Source: Candidatus Chazhemtobacterium aquaticus
Lineage (GTDB): Bacteria; Patescibacteriota; Microgenomatia; UBA1400; Chazhemtobacteraceae
Assembly (NCBI RefSeq): GCF_009936135.1
Contig: NZ_CP047901.1
Span: 695,927 to 759,926, forward strand
Length of the DNA: 64,000 nucleotides
Reading direction: 5' to 3'
Shown: positions 47,396-58,037 of the stretch, in pieces
Position numbering within the stretch: the first letter of the stretch is position 1
Layout: each line of letters starts with the position of its first letter
The notes under the pieces: generated by a model
What the model was told of the DNA's origin: nothing
Databases searched by the model: none
Seen by the model: the letters and a program-made list of their open reading frames with translations, nothing else
Translations under genes and position numbers: made by a program

Positions 47396-48172
47396 ATGGC
47401 CACCAATCAACCATCACTCTCCACCCACCTCATCCTCACCTTACTTGTCAGCACCATCATCACCAGTCTGTCATATCAACAGCGGCTTAACTTCATTGTC
47501 TCACCCATCTCTCAACTTACTACTCCAATTCGCCAACCTTTTTTTAGTCTTCGCCGTAATCTAGATAATCAACTCCGGTTCATATCCAATCTACCTCACC
47601 AACAACGCATCATCGATGATCTCAAGCGTCAAAACGCCCAACTAAGTCTCCTGGCCCAAAAAACCAAACAACTCGAAGCTGAAAACCAAGCTCTCAAGGA
47701 TGTCTTGTCAGCCAACATCACTCCCAATCATCAGGTACTTCCCGTCCAAGTTATCAGCCTTTCCCGCTATGCCATCATTAACCAGGGCACATCAAATGGT
47801 CTTACCCAAGGCATGCCCATTGTCACAGACGACATTCTTCTAGGAATCATTACCCGAACCTCTGCCAATACCTCCCAAGTTCGTCTCTTAACTGATCCTG
47901 ACACCAATATACCTGCCACCACCCTTAATCAAGATTCAGGTAATCTAATTTTCACCCATAACACTCTTCAGCTAACCCAAGTTACCCAAAAACAAGTCCT
48001 CAACCCAGAAGAACCTGTCTTCACTACTGGTTCAGAAACTATTCCCCCAGGCCTACTCATCGGCACCATTAAACAAATCACCTCCAATGATAGTGATGTC
48101 TATCAAACCGCCACCATCACTCCAGCCGCGACCATCACCCAACACCAACATCTTTTTGTCATCATCAACTAA
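47396..48172 (+). CDS. mreC: rod shape-determining protein MreC (opposite strand to mreB/mreD/pbp2)
   Basis: N-terminal TM, coiled-coil, ..ETIPPGLLIGTIKQI.. MreC beta-domain motif. Confidence 0.6.
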   Translation: MATNQPSLSTHLILTLLVSTIITSLSYQQRLNFIVSPISQLTTPIRQPFFSLRRNLDNQLRFISNLPHQQRIIDDLKRQNAQLSLLAQKTKQLEAENQALKDVLSANITPNHQVLPVQVISLSRYAIINQGTSNGLTQGMPIVTDDILLGIITRTSANTSQVRLLTDPDTNIPATTLNQDSGNLIFTHNTLQLTQVTQKQVLNPEEPVFTTGSETIPPGLLIGTIKQITSNDSDVYQTATITPAATITQHQHLFVIIN

Positions 48173-48197
48173 ATCAACTAACAGATTTTTCAATACC

Positions 48198-48779
48198 CTA
48201 ACCAAACCACTGTAGCCCCAAACTCACCCACACCAAAGCCAAAGTCGCCCCCACTAACACCTGAGCCCAAGTATGTTTTTTAATCTCAACCCTACTCCAC
48301 AACACTACTATTAGTACTAAAACCAACCACCAAAACCTATCCCACCCATAATAGTGATTAAAGAAAGCTACCACTGCTGCGTTGGTACCAGCATGCACCG
48401 AGATCTTCCAAAACAAGGTCACCACTGCAAAAACTACCGCCATCGTCCAAAACACCAACAAAATCTCAAACAGATCAGTTTTACCAACTGCATAAGCTGC
48501 CACCACCCCAAACAAATGAGCGAAAATGGTGAAAAAATACAACCCCATCCTCTCCTCCCTCCTTGTTATATCCCAGTCTCTAATTTTCCCCTTCATCAAG
48601 CCATACACCATATACAAAGCAGGCAGTAATGCATCGACTACCAACAACATCACCAAAAAACGCCACCGCAGACCATTAGACAGAGCATAATACACTGACC
48701 CAGCCAGTAGTATCGGAATCTCAATTACCGGATCAAACACTCGAGAAATAGCCCAAGCCAACTTACGCTTCATACTCAC
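48198..48779 (-). CDS. PAP2-family membrane phosphatase
   Basis: KISVHAG (SxH) and SRVEIKKHTWAQV (SRx5Hx3) motifs. Confidence 0.5.
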   Translation of the reverse strand: MSMKRKLAWAISRVFDPVIEIPILLAGSVYYALSNGLRWRFLVMLLVVDALLPALYMVYGLMKGKIRDWDITRREERMGLYFFTIFAHLFGVVAAYAVGKTDLFEILLVFWTMAVVFAVVTLFWKISVHAGTNAAVVAFFNHYYGWDRFWWLVLVLIVVLWSRVEIKKHTWAQVLVGATLALVWVSLGLQWFG

Positions 48780-48801
48780 ATACTAACCCATACTTAGGTA
48801 A

Positions 48802-49866
48802 CTAGTCCAAACCTCTTACTACTCTCACCTGTCGCAACAGCTTCTCGTTTTCTAACACCATTCCACAACCCCTCACCACCGCCTCCATTGGCTTCTCTGT
48901 CACCCACACCGGCATCCCTGTCTCCTCGGCTATCAGCTTATCAATCCCTCTAAGTAAAGACCCACCTCCAGCCAGAATCATTCCTCGCTCCAATATATCA
49001 CTCACCAACTCAGGCGGTGTCTCCTCAATCACTAACGCAATCTCATTTAATATCTGTCTTACTACCGAAGCCAAAGCCTCCCGCAGCTCCACACTATTAA
49101 TCTGCTGGCTTTTTGGCAATCCATTTTCCAAACTTCTTCCCCTTACCACCATCGACAACGGCTTACCTTCGCTCTCTGACTTAACAGGATAAGCCGAACC
49201 TACCGCAATCTTGACCTGTTCAGCAGTAGCATCACCCAAAAGTAAGTTGTACTTTAATCTAGCAAAATTAATCACTGCCTCAGTCAATTCGTCACCAGCA
49301 ATTCGCAAACTTCTATTTAACACCAAACCACCCAGACTGATCACCCCTATCTCACTCGTTCCGCCCCCAATATCTACCACCATCTGTCCTGTCGGCTCCA
49401 TCACCGGCAATCCCGCCCCTATCGCTGCCGCCATTGGCTCCTCAATCAGAAAAGCCTGCCTAGCCCCAGCATTAACTGTCGCTTCATGAACCGCCCGCCT
49501 CTCCACCTCAGTCACCCCAGAAGGTATTCCCACTACTACCTTTGGTCTTCCTAAACTTGCCTTTAGTCCACCCATCATTTGCTGCACTTCCTTGATGTAG
49601 TACTTCAACATCGCCTCTGCAGCATCAAAATCAGCAATCACCCCATCACGTAGTGGTCTTACCACCTCGATATTCTCCGGCGTCTTACCTGTCATTTTTT
49701 TCGCCTCTGTTCCTATTGCCAAGATCTCCTTAGTTTTCAAGTGTCTCGCCACCACTGATGGTTCTCTAATCACCACACCCATCCCCTTAACATGAACCAC
49801 TGTGTTGGCTGTCCCCAAATCCACCCCAATATCATGACTTAAAATACTCCACAATCGATCTAACAT
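48802..49866 (-). CDS. mreB: rod shape-determining protein MreB
   Basis: IGVDLGTANTVV actin-fold phosphate-1 motif; 354 aa. Confidence 0.9.
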   Translation of the reverse strand: MLDRLWSILSHDIGVDLGTANTVVHVKGMGVVIREPSVVARHLKTKEILAIGTEAKKMTGKTPENIEVVRPLRDGVIADFDAAEAMLKYYIKEVQQMMGGLKASLGRPKVVVGIPSGVTEVERRAVHEATVNAGARQAFLIEEPMAAAIGAGLPVMEPTGQMVVDIGGGTSEIGVISLGGLVLNRSLRIAGDELTEAVINFARLKYNLLLGDATAEQVKIAVGSAYPVKSESEGKPLSMVVRGRSLENGLPKSQQINSVELREALASVVRQILNEIALVIEETPPELVSDILERGMILAGGGSLLRGIDKLIAEETGMPVWVTEKPMEAVVRGCGMVLENEKLLRQVRVVRGLD

Positions 49867-49962
49867 CGCCCGAAGTATATCAAGCCAATACGCACCCGTC
49901 TATCACCACCACAATTTTACAAATCCACTAGCATCAATCTCCATCCTTGTTACAATATCTCC

Positions 49963-52197
49963 ATGTTCAAACACCCTTGGAACAAACCACTTGATATCAT
50001 CATTACTTTTTCTTTCGCTGCACTCCTTTTCTTTGTACCTCTTTTCTTCTACCCCACCTCCAGCGAACTCTTTGAATTTAACAAGATGATTCTCACTTAT
50101 ATCCTTACCGGTTTTATAACTACTTTCTGGTTAATTAAAATTATTATCAACAAACAACTTGTCTTAAGAAAATCCTTTCTTAACCTAACGGTCCTTCTCT
50201 TTCTATTAGGTCAACTCATAACCACTTTATTTTCTATCAACCCCCACACCTCTATCTGGGGCTACTACTCCAGGTTCCACGGAGGTCTAGCCTCAACCAT
50301 TTCCTACAGCCTACTCTTCTATATCGCCTTAAATCATTTCTCGCAAGACTCACAAAAACCCAAACTTAAACTCCTCCTCTACTCGGCTTTATCTACCTCT
50401 ACTCTTATCTCACTTTATGGCATTCTCGAACACTTCGGCATTGACAAGCACCTCTGGGTTCAGGATGTTCAAAACCGTGTTTTTTCCACTCTAGGACAAC
50501 CCAACTGGCTCTCAGCTTATCTTGTCGCCATTCTCCCCTTCCCTCTACTTATAGCCCTAAACTCAAAAGAAAAGAAAATCTCACTTCTTCTCGGGTTAGT
50601 TGCTTTCGCCAACTTCATTACTATCCTCTATACCAAATCCCGCTCCGGTATTGGCACTACCTTTATCATTCTTTTTCTCATCATTCTTTACCAACTGACT
50701 AAGCTAAAAAAAGCCACCCACACCCGTTCTCGTTTTCTAGGGTTACTACTTCTTCTTGTCACCTCGCTAGCCATCATTGGCTCCCCCTGGTCACCTAATC
50801 CTCAAAATATCCAAGACAGCTTAAAAGTAGGCGGTCCTCTCTGGCCACAGCTCGAACCCTACCTAAACCAAGTTAATCTAACCACTCAGTTAAAACCCCT
50901 AGATATTTCAGCCCTACCAGAAGAAAATCAAAAACAACTCATCGCCCAAGCAGATGGTCGTCCGTACGGCGGCTCAAACTCCTGGGATATCCGCCAGGTC
51001 GTCTGGCAAGGTGCTGTTAATTTATTTAAAAGTCACCCTCTTACTGGTACTGGACCGGAAACCTTTGCCTACGCCTATTACTGGACCAGGCCAGCCGCTC
51101 ACAACCTTCTCTCTGAATGGGATTTCCTCTACAACAAAGCCCACAATGAGTACCTTAACTTCCTTGCTACTACCGGACTTATCGGTATCTCTACTTACCT
51201 AATTCTCATCCTCTCTACTCTCATCTTACTTATCAGACTCTATCGGCAATACCCAGCTCACCAAACCATCACCATCAGTTTTATCCTAAGCTACCTCTCC
51301 ATCCTCATCACCAACTACTTCGGTTTCTCCGTCGTCACTGTCGCCACTTTCTTTTTTCTAACCCCTGCTCTTGCCCTTGCCTACACCTCATCCCAATTCA
51401 ACACCTTCAGTTTCGGACCTGGATGGAGTTTTAGTAAAAAAGACCTCAAGAAACTTAAGAATAATGTTACTACCCCTTCTTTATCTATGCTCCAATATAT
51501 AGCCATCACTCTTCTCACTCTTATCTTTGTTTTTTGGTTCTCTCTAATCCTTAAACACTGGTTGGCCGATCGTCACTATGCTAAAGGCAAAGCTTTAAGC
51601 CAAAACGGTTACTTAAGCCAAGCCATTCCCTCTCTTGAGTCAGCCGTTAATCTCTACCCCGGTGAACCTACTTTTCGCTCCATTCTGGCCGAAACCTACG
51701 CCAACGCTGCTCTGGCCACCAAACAACAATATGACTCCCTTGACCAAGAACAGGCCAAATTACTCCAGAAAGCTGCTCTTGCCCAGCAGCAAAACTACAC
51801 CAAACTTGCTCTGGATAACATCAATCAGACCCTAGACCAAAACCCACACCACCTGAATTTCATTAAGTCCAAAGCCAAGGTGTATCTTTCTCTCGCCCAA
51901 ATCGATCCTCAGTACTACCAACTCACCCTTGACACACTCCTACGCGCTACTCAACTCGCCCCCACCGACCCCAAGCTTCTCTATAACATTGGCCTTCTCT
52001 ACATCCAACTCGACAATCTCCCTCAAGCCAAAATCGCTCTTCGACAGGCCATCGATCTAAAACCCAACTATGACCATGCTATTGCCGAACTTATCAAGCT
52101 CTATCAACAAGAAGACAATCAAGATCACATCCAAAAACTAAAAGACCAACTTCTATTTTACTACCCCGACCATCCCTTTGCCGCAACCCTAGAGTAA
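49963..52197 (+). CDS. O-antigen ligase/polymerase-like (Wzy_C) membrane protein with C-terminal TPR repeats
   Basis: About 12 TM helices and a TPR-like C-terminal third. Confidence 0.55.
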   Translation: MFKHPWNKPLDIIITFSFAALLFFVPLFFYPTSSELFEFNKMILTYILTGFITTFWLIKIIINKQLVLRKSFLNLTVLLFLLGQLITTLFSINPHTSIWGYYSRFHGGLASTISYSLLFYIALNHFSQDSQKPKLKLLLYSALSTSTLISLYGILEHFGIDKHLWVQDVQNRVFSTLGQPNWLSAYLVAILPFPLLIALNSKEKKISLLLGLVAFANFITILYTKSRSGIGTTFIILFLIILYQLTKLKKATHTRSRFLGLLLLLVTSLAIIGSPWSPNPQNIQDSLKVGGPLWPQLEPYLNQVNLTTQLKPLDISALPEENQKQLIAQADGRPYGGSNSWDIRQVVWQGAVNLFKSHPLTGTGPETFAYAYYWTRPAAHNLLSEWDFLYNKAHNEYLNFLATTGLIGISTYLILILSTLILLIRLYRQYPAHQTITISFILSYLSILITNYFGFSVVTVATFFFLTPALALAYTSSQFNTFSFGPGWSFSKKDLKKLKNNVTTPSLSMLQYIAITLLTLIFVFWFSLILKHWLADRHYAKGKALSQNGYLSQAIPSLESAVNLYPGEPTFRSILAETYANAALATKQQYDSLDQEQAKLLQKAALAQQQNYTKLALDNINQTLDQNPHHLNFIKSKAKVYLSLAQIDPQYYQLTLDTLLRATQLAPTDPKLLYNIGLLYIQLDNLPQAKIALRQAIDLKPNYDHAIAELIKLYQQEDNQDHIQKLKDQLLFYYPDHPFAATLE

Positions 52198-52243
52198 ACC
52201 AGCAAAACACGGCAGAATCAGTCAAAAGTGCTAAAATATACCC

Positions 52244-52807
52244 ATGAAAGTTCTCACTACCCCCCATCCATTTCTGCGACACACCGCCAAATCCATTAAC
52301 CAACTTACTACTAAGACTATAAGGGAAGCTCTACAGATGATCGATACTCTCAAACAGGCTCGTGATCCAGAAGGTGTCGGACTAGCTGCCACTCAAGTCG
52401 GCTTAGACAAACGCATTTTTATACTTCTAAAACCCGACAAACAAGCCACTATATACATCAACCCTCAGATCATCTCCACCTCCAAGTTAACCACCTCACA
52501 AAAATATCCCCAAGACCAAGATCGCCCTCTAGAAGGTTGTCTTTCTATACCCCGCATCTGGGGTTTTGTTGACCGACCATATCGCATCAAAGCCAGGTAT
52601 CAAACCTTCAACCCCGATCAATCCAATCCGACACTTACCACTGTTACCAAAACTCTTGAGGGTTTTCGTGCCATTGCCTTCCAACACGAAACCGATCACC
52701 TTAACGGCATTCTCTTTACTGACCACATTCTCAAACAAAACGGCACCATCCTTAAAGAAACACCGTCCGGACTTCAACCTATTAAACCAGAATTTTTATT
52801 AAGTTAA
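52244..52807 (+). CDS. def: peptide deformylase
   Basis: GVGLAATQVG, EGCLSIP, QHETDHLNG motifs. Confidence 0.85.
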   Translation: MKVLTTPHPFLRHTAKSINQLTTKTIREALQMIDTLKQARDPEGVGLAATQVGLDKRIFILLKPDKQATIYINPQIISTSKLTTSQKYPQDQDRPLEGCLSIPRIWGFVDRPYRIKARYQTFNPDQSNPTLTTVTKTLEGFRAIAFQHETDHLNGILFTDHILKQNGTILKETPSGLQPIKPEFLLS

Positions 52808-52810
52808 TCC

Positions 52811-53743
52811 ATGGTATTTAATCTCGTCTATTTCGGGTCCCCCTCCTTTTCTGCTGACATCCTTAAGTCTCTAATTACCAAACCTATTGGAAATATTAAA
52901 GTAGTTGCCGTTGTTACCAATCCCGATCGACCTACCGGCAGACACCAACTCCTTACCCCATCCCCCATTGCTCAGTTGGCTCAACAACATCACCTGCCTG
53001 TATTCAAACCAGACAAACTTGACTCATCCAATCTTGCCCACTTAAAACTTCTTAATCCTCATCTTTTCTTAATAGCCGCCTACGGCAAAATTATCCCCCC
53101 CGAGTGGTTAGATTTACCTCAAATTGCTCCTCTTAACCTACACTTCTCACTTCTACCTCAATATCGAGGCGCTCTATGTATCCATCAGGCTATTAAGAAC
53201 CAAGATCGCCACACCGGCGTTACTCTTATGGAAGTTGATCCAGAACTAGACCACGGTCCCATTATCGCTCAAGTCAAACAGTCCATTTCCATATCCGATG
53301 ACACAGCTAGTTTAACCAAAAAACTTACCAGAAAAGCAATTCAATTAACTAAAGTGGTCTTACCTGCATATCTTAACTGGCATCAACATAAAAAAACTAC
53401 TCCAAACACTCCGGGTATAAAAATCTATCTCCCTCCCAAAACCCAAGACCACACTCAAGCCTCCTATACTCCTTCCACTTCATTTCTTAATCACGCCAAC
53501 GCTCACATTCCCTGGTCAAACCTTCAACAAGCTATCAATGGATACCAATCAGCCGCCACTCATGCCTTAATTCGCTCACTCAATCCACAACCAGGAGCCT
53601 GGACCGACATTGACCAACAACCACTAAAAATTCTTTCAACCACTCTTAATCAAGACCATTTAAGAATAGACAAAGTTCAACTCCCCGGCAAAAATCCCAT
53701 TACCTGGACTCAGTTCCTCTCCGGCCACCCCCTAAAAATTTAA
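52811..53743 (+). CDS. fmt: methionyl-tRNA formyltransferase
   Basis: LVYFGSPSFS N-terminus; def-fmt gene order. Confidence 0.8.
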   Translation: MVFNLVYFGSPSFSADILKSLITKPIGNIKVVAVVTNPDRPTGRHQLLTPSPIAQLAQQHHLPVFKPDKLDSSNLAHLKLLNPHLFLIAAYGKIIPPEWLDLPQIAPLNLHFSLLPQYRGALCIHQAIKNQDRHTGVTLMEVDPELDHGPIIAQVKQSISISDDTASLTKKLTRKAIQLTKVVLPAYLNWHQHKKTTPNTPGIKIYLPPKTQDHTQASYTPSTSFLNHANAHIPWSNLQQAINGYQSAATHALIRSLNPQPGAWTDIDQQPLKILSTTLNQDHLRIDKVQLPGKNPITWTQFLSGHPLKI

Positions 53744-53745
53744 GT

Positions 53746-54003
53746 TTACTTCTCGCTCTTTCCTCGACCTGGTCTATTAGCTTTGCGCAAACAACTAGTA
53801 CACAATCTCACCTTAACCTTCTTGCCACTCTTTAAGACGGTGACAGCATGAAGATTTGGTTTTCTTACTCTTTTAACCCGATTCTTTGCATGAGACACCA
53901 AATTCCCTCTCTGAATTCCCTTACCGCAACTATCACACACATAAGCTCCTGTATTCATGCCTGTCATTATATCAAACAAACCGTCAAGCGTCGACCTTCC
54001 CAT
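53746..54003 (-). CDS. rpmB: 50S ribosomal protein L28 (probably starts at an internal Met)
   Basis: CDSCGKG...VSHAKNRVKRV..PNLH..RLCTSCLR. Confidence 0.7.
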   Translation of the reverse strand: MGRSTLDGLFDIMTGMNTGAYVCDSCGKGIQRGNLVSHAKNRVKRVRKPNLHAVTVLKSGKKVKVRLCTSCLRKANRPGRGKSEK

Positions 54004-54041
54004 TTAAAAACCACTTACCATCACCTGATACAATAATAGCC

Positions 54042-54671
54042 ATGCTAGAAACCTTGTTCACTAACCCACTCCTCTTTTTTGTCTGGATTCTCTCGCTCCT
54101 AATCGCCATCAGTGTCCACGAAGCCGCACATGCCTACAGCGCCGAATACCTCGGTGACCCCACCCCCAGACTCCAAGGACGTACTACTCTCAATCCCCTA
54201 GCCCATCTTGATCCCTTAGGAACCCTTATGCTTCTACTCTTCCGCTTTGGCTGGGGTCGACCGGTTCAGTTTGATCCCTACAATCTCGCCAATCCTCGCC
54301 GTGATGCCGCTCTCATCTCTCTGGCCGGACCTGTAAGCAATCTTGTTCTAACTACCATAGCTAGTTTACTCATTCACTTTATTCTTCCTTCCTACTACGC
54401 TCCACTTCTTTACCCCTTTGTCTTTCTCAATGTTGGTCTTGCTATCTTCAATCTTATCCCTGTTCATCCCCTCGACGGTGGCAAGATCCTTATCGGCATT
54501 CTTCCCCAAGACCTCGCCTATGAATGGCAATCCATTATGAACCGTTACGGCACCATCATCCTAATCCTCCTTATCTTTCCTATCAACGGTGTTTCCCCTG
54601 CTATCAGCCTAATTACCCCCGTCATCGACTTTCTCATCAACCTCCTTCTCCCCACCGGTGGGTTAATATGA
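54042..54671 (+). CDS. M50 site-2-protease-family zinc metalloprotease
   Basis: SVHEAAHAY HExxH motif within a TM helix. Confidence 0.7.
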   Translation: MLETLFTNPLLFFVWILSLLIAISVHEAAHAYSAEYLGDPTPRLQGRTTLNPLAHLDPLGTLMLLLFRFGWGRPVQFDPYNLANPRRDAALISLAGPVSNLVLTTIASLLIHFILPSYYAPLLYPFVFLNVGLAIFNLIPVHPLDGGKILIGILPQDLAYEWQSIMNRYGTIILILLIFPINGVSPAISLITPVIDFLINLLLPTGGLI

Positions 54672-55297
54672 CCAAACCAAACCTCGATTTTGAATCCCAA
54701 CTCTGGAAACAATATCGCTATATCGCTGGTATAGATGAAGTCGGTCGTGGTGCCTTAGCTGGACCAGTAGTCACTGCAGCTGTTGTGTTACCCACACACT
54801 TCTCTTCCCAGCTTCTTCCTAATATTAACGACTCCAAACTCCTTACCTCCAACAAACGACTACAACTGGCCCAACTTATTTCTCAACACGCTATCTATAC
54901 CTCAATTAACACTACCTCTGTTTCAATCATAAATCGTCTTGGTATTAACAAGGCCATCTTTATCTCCATGAGAAAAAGTCTTAAACAACTGCCCCATTGC
55001 GATCATGTCTTAGTCGATGGCTACCGCATTCCTCATCTTCCCCGTCTTTCTAACCACCAAACACCAATTATTAAAGGAGACTCCATCAGCATCTCGATTG
55101 CAGCCGCCTCCATCCTAGCCAAAGTCTATCGCGATCATCTTATGGATCAGCTCCATCTTCAAATCCCCCACTATTTCTGGAATCAAAACAAGGGTTACGG
55201 GACAACTAAACACGCCCAAGCTTTACAACAATACGGCCCCACTCAATACCACCGCCACCTATTTATTCGAAAAATCTTTAAACCTCAAAACCCTTAA
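54668..55297 (+). CDS. rnhB: ribonuclease HII
   Basis: IAGIDEVGRGALAGPVV motif; ATGA overlap with the preceding gene. Confidence 0.85.
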   Translation: MTKPNLDFESQLWKQYRYIAGIDEVGRGALAGPVVTAAVVLPTHFSSQLLPNINDSKLLTSNKRLQLAQLISQHAIYTSINTTSVSIINRLGINKAIFISMRKSLKQLPHCDHVLVDGYRIPHLPRLSNHQTPIIKGDSISISIAAASILAKVYRDHLMDQLHLQIPHYFWNQNKGYGTTKHAQALQQYGPTQYHRHLFIRKIFKPQNP

Positions 55298-55926
55298 ATC
55301 TGCTCTTTCCTACGAGTCACAATCGTCATCACCACCACACCCACTAGTAACAACAAGAAACCAATTCCCACAATTCTTCCCACCGTGGCCAAGAACTTAG
55401 CCACTCCGCTTTTCTCACCCTCATCCTCAATTACTACCTCAGTTGTAGCTTTCTTCTCAGTCGGGCTTGGAGTCAAGCTCACCAAAGGACCTGAATCAAT
55501 TTTATTTTCCTCCCCCTCCAAGGGTACCGCCTGCCAATCTCCCTTAACCACCACGAACTCACTCGGTTTTCTAGCAGTCGATTTCTCCTCAGCTGTCACC
55601 ATCAAGCTCACAAATTTCTTCGACACTGACGCCTCAATCTTGCCATACTTCACCTCACCAATTCTCACACTTTCTCCCTCATCATTAATTGCCCACAATA
55701 CATAACGATTTAACTCGGCTGAGTAAGGTGTCATCAACTCTCTACAAGTTCCATTCACCTTATATCTCCCCGATCCAAAAACACTCAAGGCATAACAACT
55801 TGCACCCGAGTCATTAACAGAATCAAGTTTAAACACGCCCTCACTTGCCACCACTTCACTAACCGACAAACCTAGCCACAATATACCTGCCAATATTGAC
55901 ACCAATATTCCTTTTTTCATGGCCAT
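55294..55926 (-). CDS. secreted or membrane-anchored hypothetical protein
   Basis: Signal peptide and C-terminal TM anchor. Confidence 0.4.
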   Translation of the reverse strand: MAMKKGILVSILAGILWLGLSVSEVVASEGVFKLDSVNDSGASCYALSVFGSGRYKVNGTCRELMTPYSAELNRYVLWAINDEGESVRIGEVKYGKIEASVSKKFVSLMVTAEEKSTARKPSEFVVVKGDWQAVPLEGEENKIDSGPLVSLTPSPTEKKATTEVVIEDEGEKSGVAKFLATVGRIVGIGFLLLLVGVVVMTIVTRRKEQI

Positions 55927-55981
55927 AAGTATACCATATTAGTCCGATAGTATAAAGCTGGCTGTCTTAATAATCCTTCAT

Positions 55982-57193
55982 TTGCCTTTATACGTAAATT
56001 TAGGCTATATTAAAATCATGCCCGACCAACCCGATCCCCACAGCCTTAATCTACCACCTGGTTTTGGTGACACAGACTCCGACACGCCATCCAGTTCTTC
56101 GGATGATACCCCACCAACTCCTTCATCCAATCAAGACGCAGACAAATCATCAAAATCAGATCAAGACAAAAATACCTCCAACCCCCCTACTTTCTCTACA
56201 TCCTCATATCCACCACCTCCACCTCCACCCCCACCGGCATCCTCAACCCCATCCTCGTCTCCTACCTCAACCCCACCCGCTAATCCAACCCCAACACCAC
56301 CTACTCCACCATCTTTATCTCGAGATGAGAGCTCAACCCCCAATCGACCCAGCCTCATTGGATCCTACTCACCTCCTACTGATCTTAAAGCCAATCCTGA
56401 CCCAGTCTCTGATCACCTTAAGCCAGCCTCAACAAACAATCTTCATCCCAAACCTGTATCTAGCCTTTTTATCCTAGCTCTTGCCGGCATTGCCATCCTC
56501 ACCATCGCCCTCTCCGCCTTTCTCTACCTTCAAAACAACGCCCTTAAAAAGCAAGTTAACATTCTTCAGTCAACAGAAGCGGGTAGACAACTTTCTCCCA
56601 CCGATCAAGACTCACCCCCTGAAAACGATCAAACACCAGAAACTCAACCCACAGAATCATCTACTACCGAACCAGTCACCCTCTCATCTGCCTTCACTAA
56701 CTTAGCCAAAGTTATCGACATCGCCCGCCAAAAATACTCTACCGCCCAGCTTCTAATGATTACCACCGACAATCTATTAACCCTTGAAAACAACGTCTAT
56801 CGTTACTGGTTCCGCCAGGCCCCTGATGCCAAAAGCTACTTCTATATCCAATACTCACAAAACGAAGATCCCCAGCTAGTTATCAACGCCATCATTAATC
56901 CTGATAATAATATTCCTGACCTTATTCCACTCTTTGAACAAAACCAACTCGGAGTTTCCGATATAGATGCCCACGCCATTGCTTGGTCCAAGGCTATCTC
57001 ACCCACTATCACAAATCTTACCCCATCATCTGTCAAAGCCAAATTCATCCGCGCTATTCCCAGCAACACCACCACAACTGAGACCACCAACATCTGGCAA
57101 CTCACCTACTCATTTCCGCAGCAGGCCAATCAAAAAGACATCGTTGTTCAGATCGACTCCACCACTCAAGAAGTCCTTTACTCCACCCTTTAA
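55982..57193 (+). CDS. Pro/Ser/Thr-rich membrane protein
   Basis: Low-complexity PPPPPPPPPAS N-terminal half, one TM, extracellular C-domain. Confidence 0.4.
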   Translation: MPLYVNLGYIKIMPDQPDPHSLNLPPGFGDTDSDTPSSSSDDTPPTPSSNQDADKSSKSDQDKNTSNPPTFSTSSYPPPPPPPPPASSTPSSSPTSTPPANPTPTPPTPPSLSRDESSTPNRPSLIGSYSPPTDLKANPDPVSDHLKPASTNNLHPKPVSSLFILALAGIAILTIALSAFLYLQNNALKKQVNILQSTEAGRQLSPTDQDSPPENDQTPETQPTESSTTEPVTLSSAFTNLAKVIDIARQKYSTAQLLMITTDNLLTLENNVYRYWFRQAPDAKSYFYIQYSQNEDPQLVINAIINPDNNIPDLIPLFEQNQLGVSDIDAHAIAWSKAISPTITNLTPSSVKAKFIRAIPSNTTTTETTNIWQLTYSFPQQANQKDIVVQIDSTTQEVLYSTL

Positions 57194-57220
57194 CTCTTAT
57201 TCTCCAAACATTCAAATTTG

Positions 57221-57293
57221 AGCCGAGACAGGGAATCGAACCCTGGACCCCGATCTTACCATGATCGTGCTCTACCGACTGAGCTATCTCGGC
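57221..57293 (-). tRNA. tRNA-Thr(GGU)
   Basis: Canonical cloverleaf; anticodon loop AUGGUAA. Confidence 0.85.
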
Positions 57294-57330
57294 CAATTAC
57301 TATGTTAAAAGTAGAATCATATCTCTACTG

Positions 57331-57413
57331 TGCTGGGGGAGGGATTCGAACCCCCGTAGGCTTAAGCCAGCGGATTTACAGTCCGCCCCCGTTGACCGCT
57401 TGGGTACCCCAGC
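57331..57413 (-). tRNA. tRNA-Tyr(GUA)
   Basis: Class II with long variable arm GGCTTAAGCC; anticodon loop CUGUAAA. Confidence 0.85.
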
Positions 57414-57469
57414 ATGCCCTTCAATTTTAACATGTTACAAGCACAAAATGTTAAAATTAATAGGCCTAA

Positions 57470-57545
57470 GCCGGCATAGCTCAGCAGGTAGAGCAACGCT
57501 TTTGTAAAGCGAAGGTCAGAGGTTCGATTCCTCTTGCCGGCTCCA
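57470..57545 (+). tRNA. tRNA-Thr(UGU)
   Basis: Canonical cloverleaf with encoded CCA; anticodon loop UUUGUAA. Confidence 0.85.
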
Positions 57546-57601
57546 AAAAGTAATAGACACCACAAATCAACTCTTACAACAAAGTTATAATAAATCTAGT
57601 A

Positions 57602-57907
57602 ATGAACACACTTATATCCGGCACAATCGCGGGCCTCATTTTCGGAGTTGTTGACGTTTTGTTAATGGTTCCACTTCCCATAAGGGATAAGCCGGTTGCG
57701 ATGCTTGGCTCCTTTATAAATCGCTTTGCAATCGGTTTCCTTATCGCCACCACCAACATCCCTCTACCACCCTGGCTTAAGGGTGCATCAATTGGATTGC
57801 TTCTCAGTCTACCTGATGCGATTATCACCAAAACATACCTTCCCATCATCGGAGTGGGGACTACAGGTGGACTAATTATTGGTAGCCTGCTTGGCGCGCT
57901 TAACTAA
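57602..57907 (+). CDS. small polytopic membrane protein
   Basis: Three hydrophobic segments. Confidence 0.4.
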   Translation: MNTLISGTIAGLIFGVVDVLLMVPLPIRDKPVAMLGSFINRFAIGFLIATTNIPLPPWLKGASIGLLLSLPDAIITKTYLPIIGVGTTGGLIIGSLLGALN

Positions 57908-58037
57908 ATATCAAAATTCACAAAACTTCACACCCAAAACATTTTCCCGATGGATCGGACTATAAAGTCAATTAAGCCACACAACTCAACACGTTATAAC
58001 TATGAACAACTCACAATATTTACAGTGTCAACCACAA

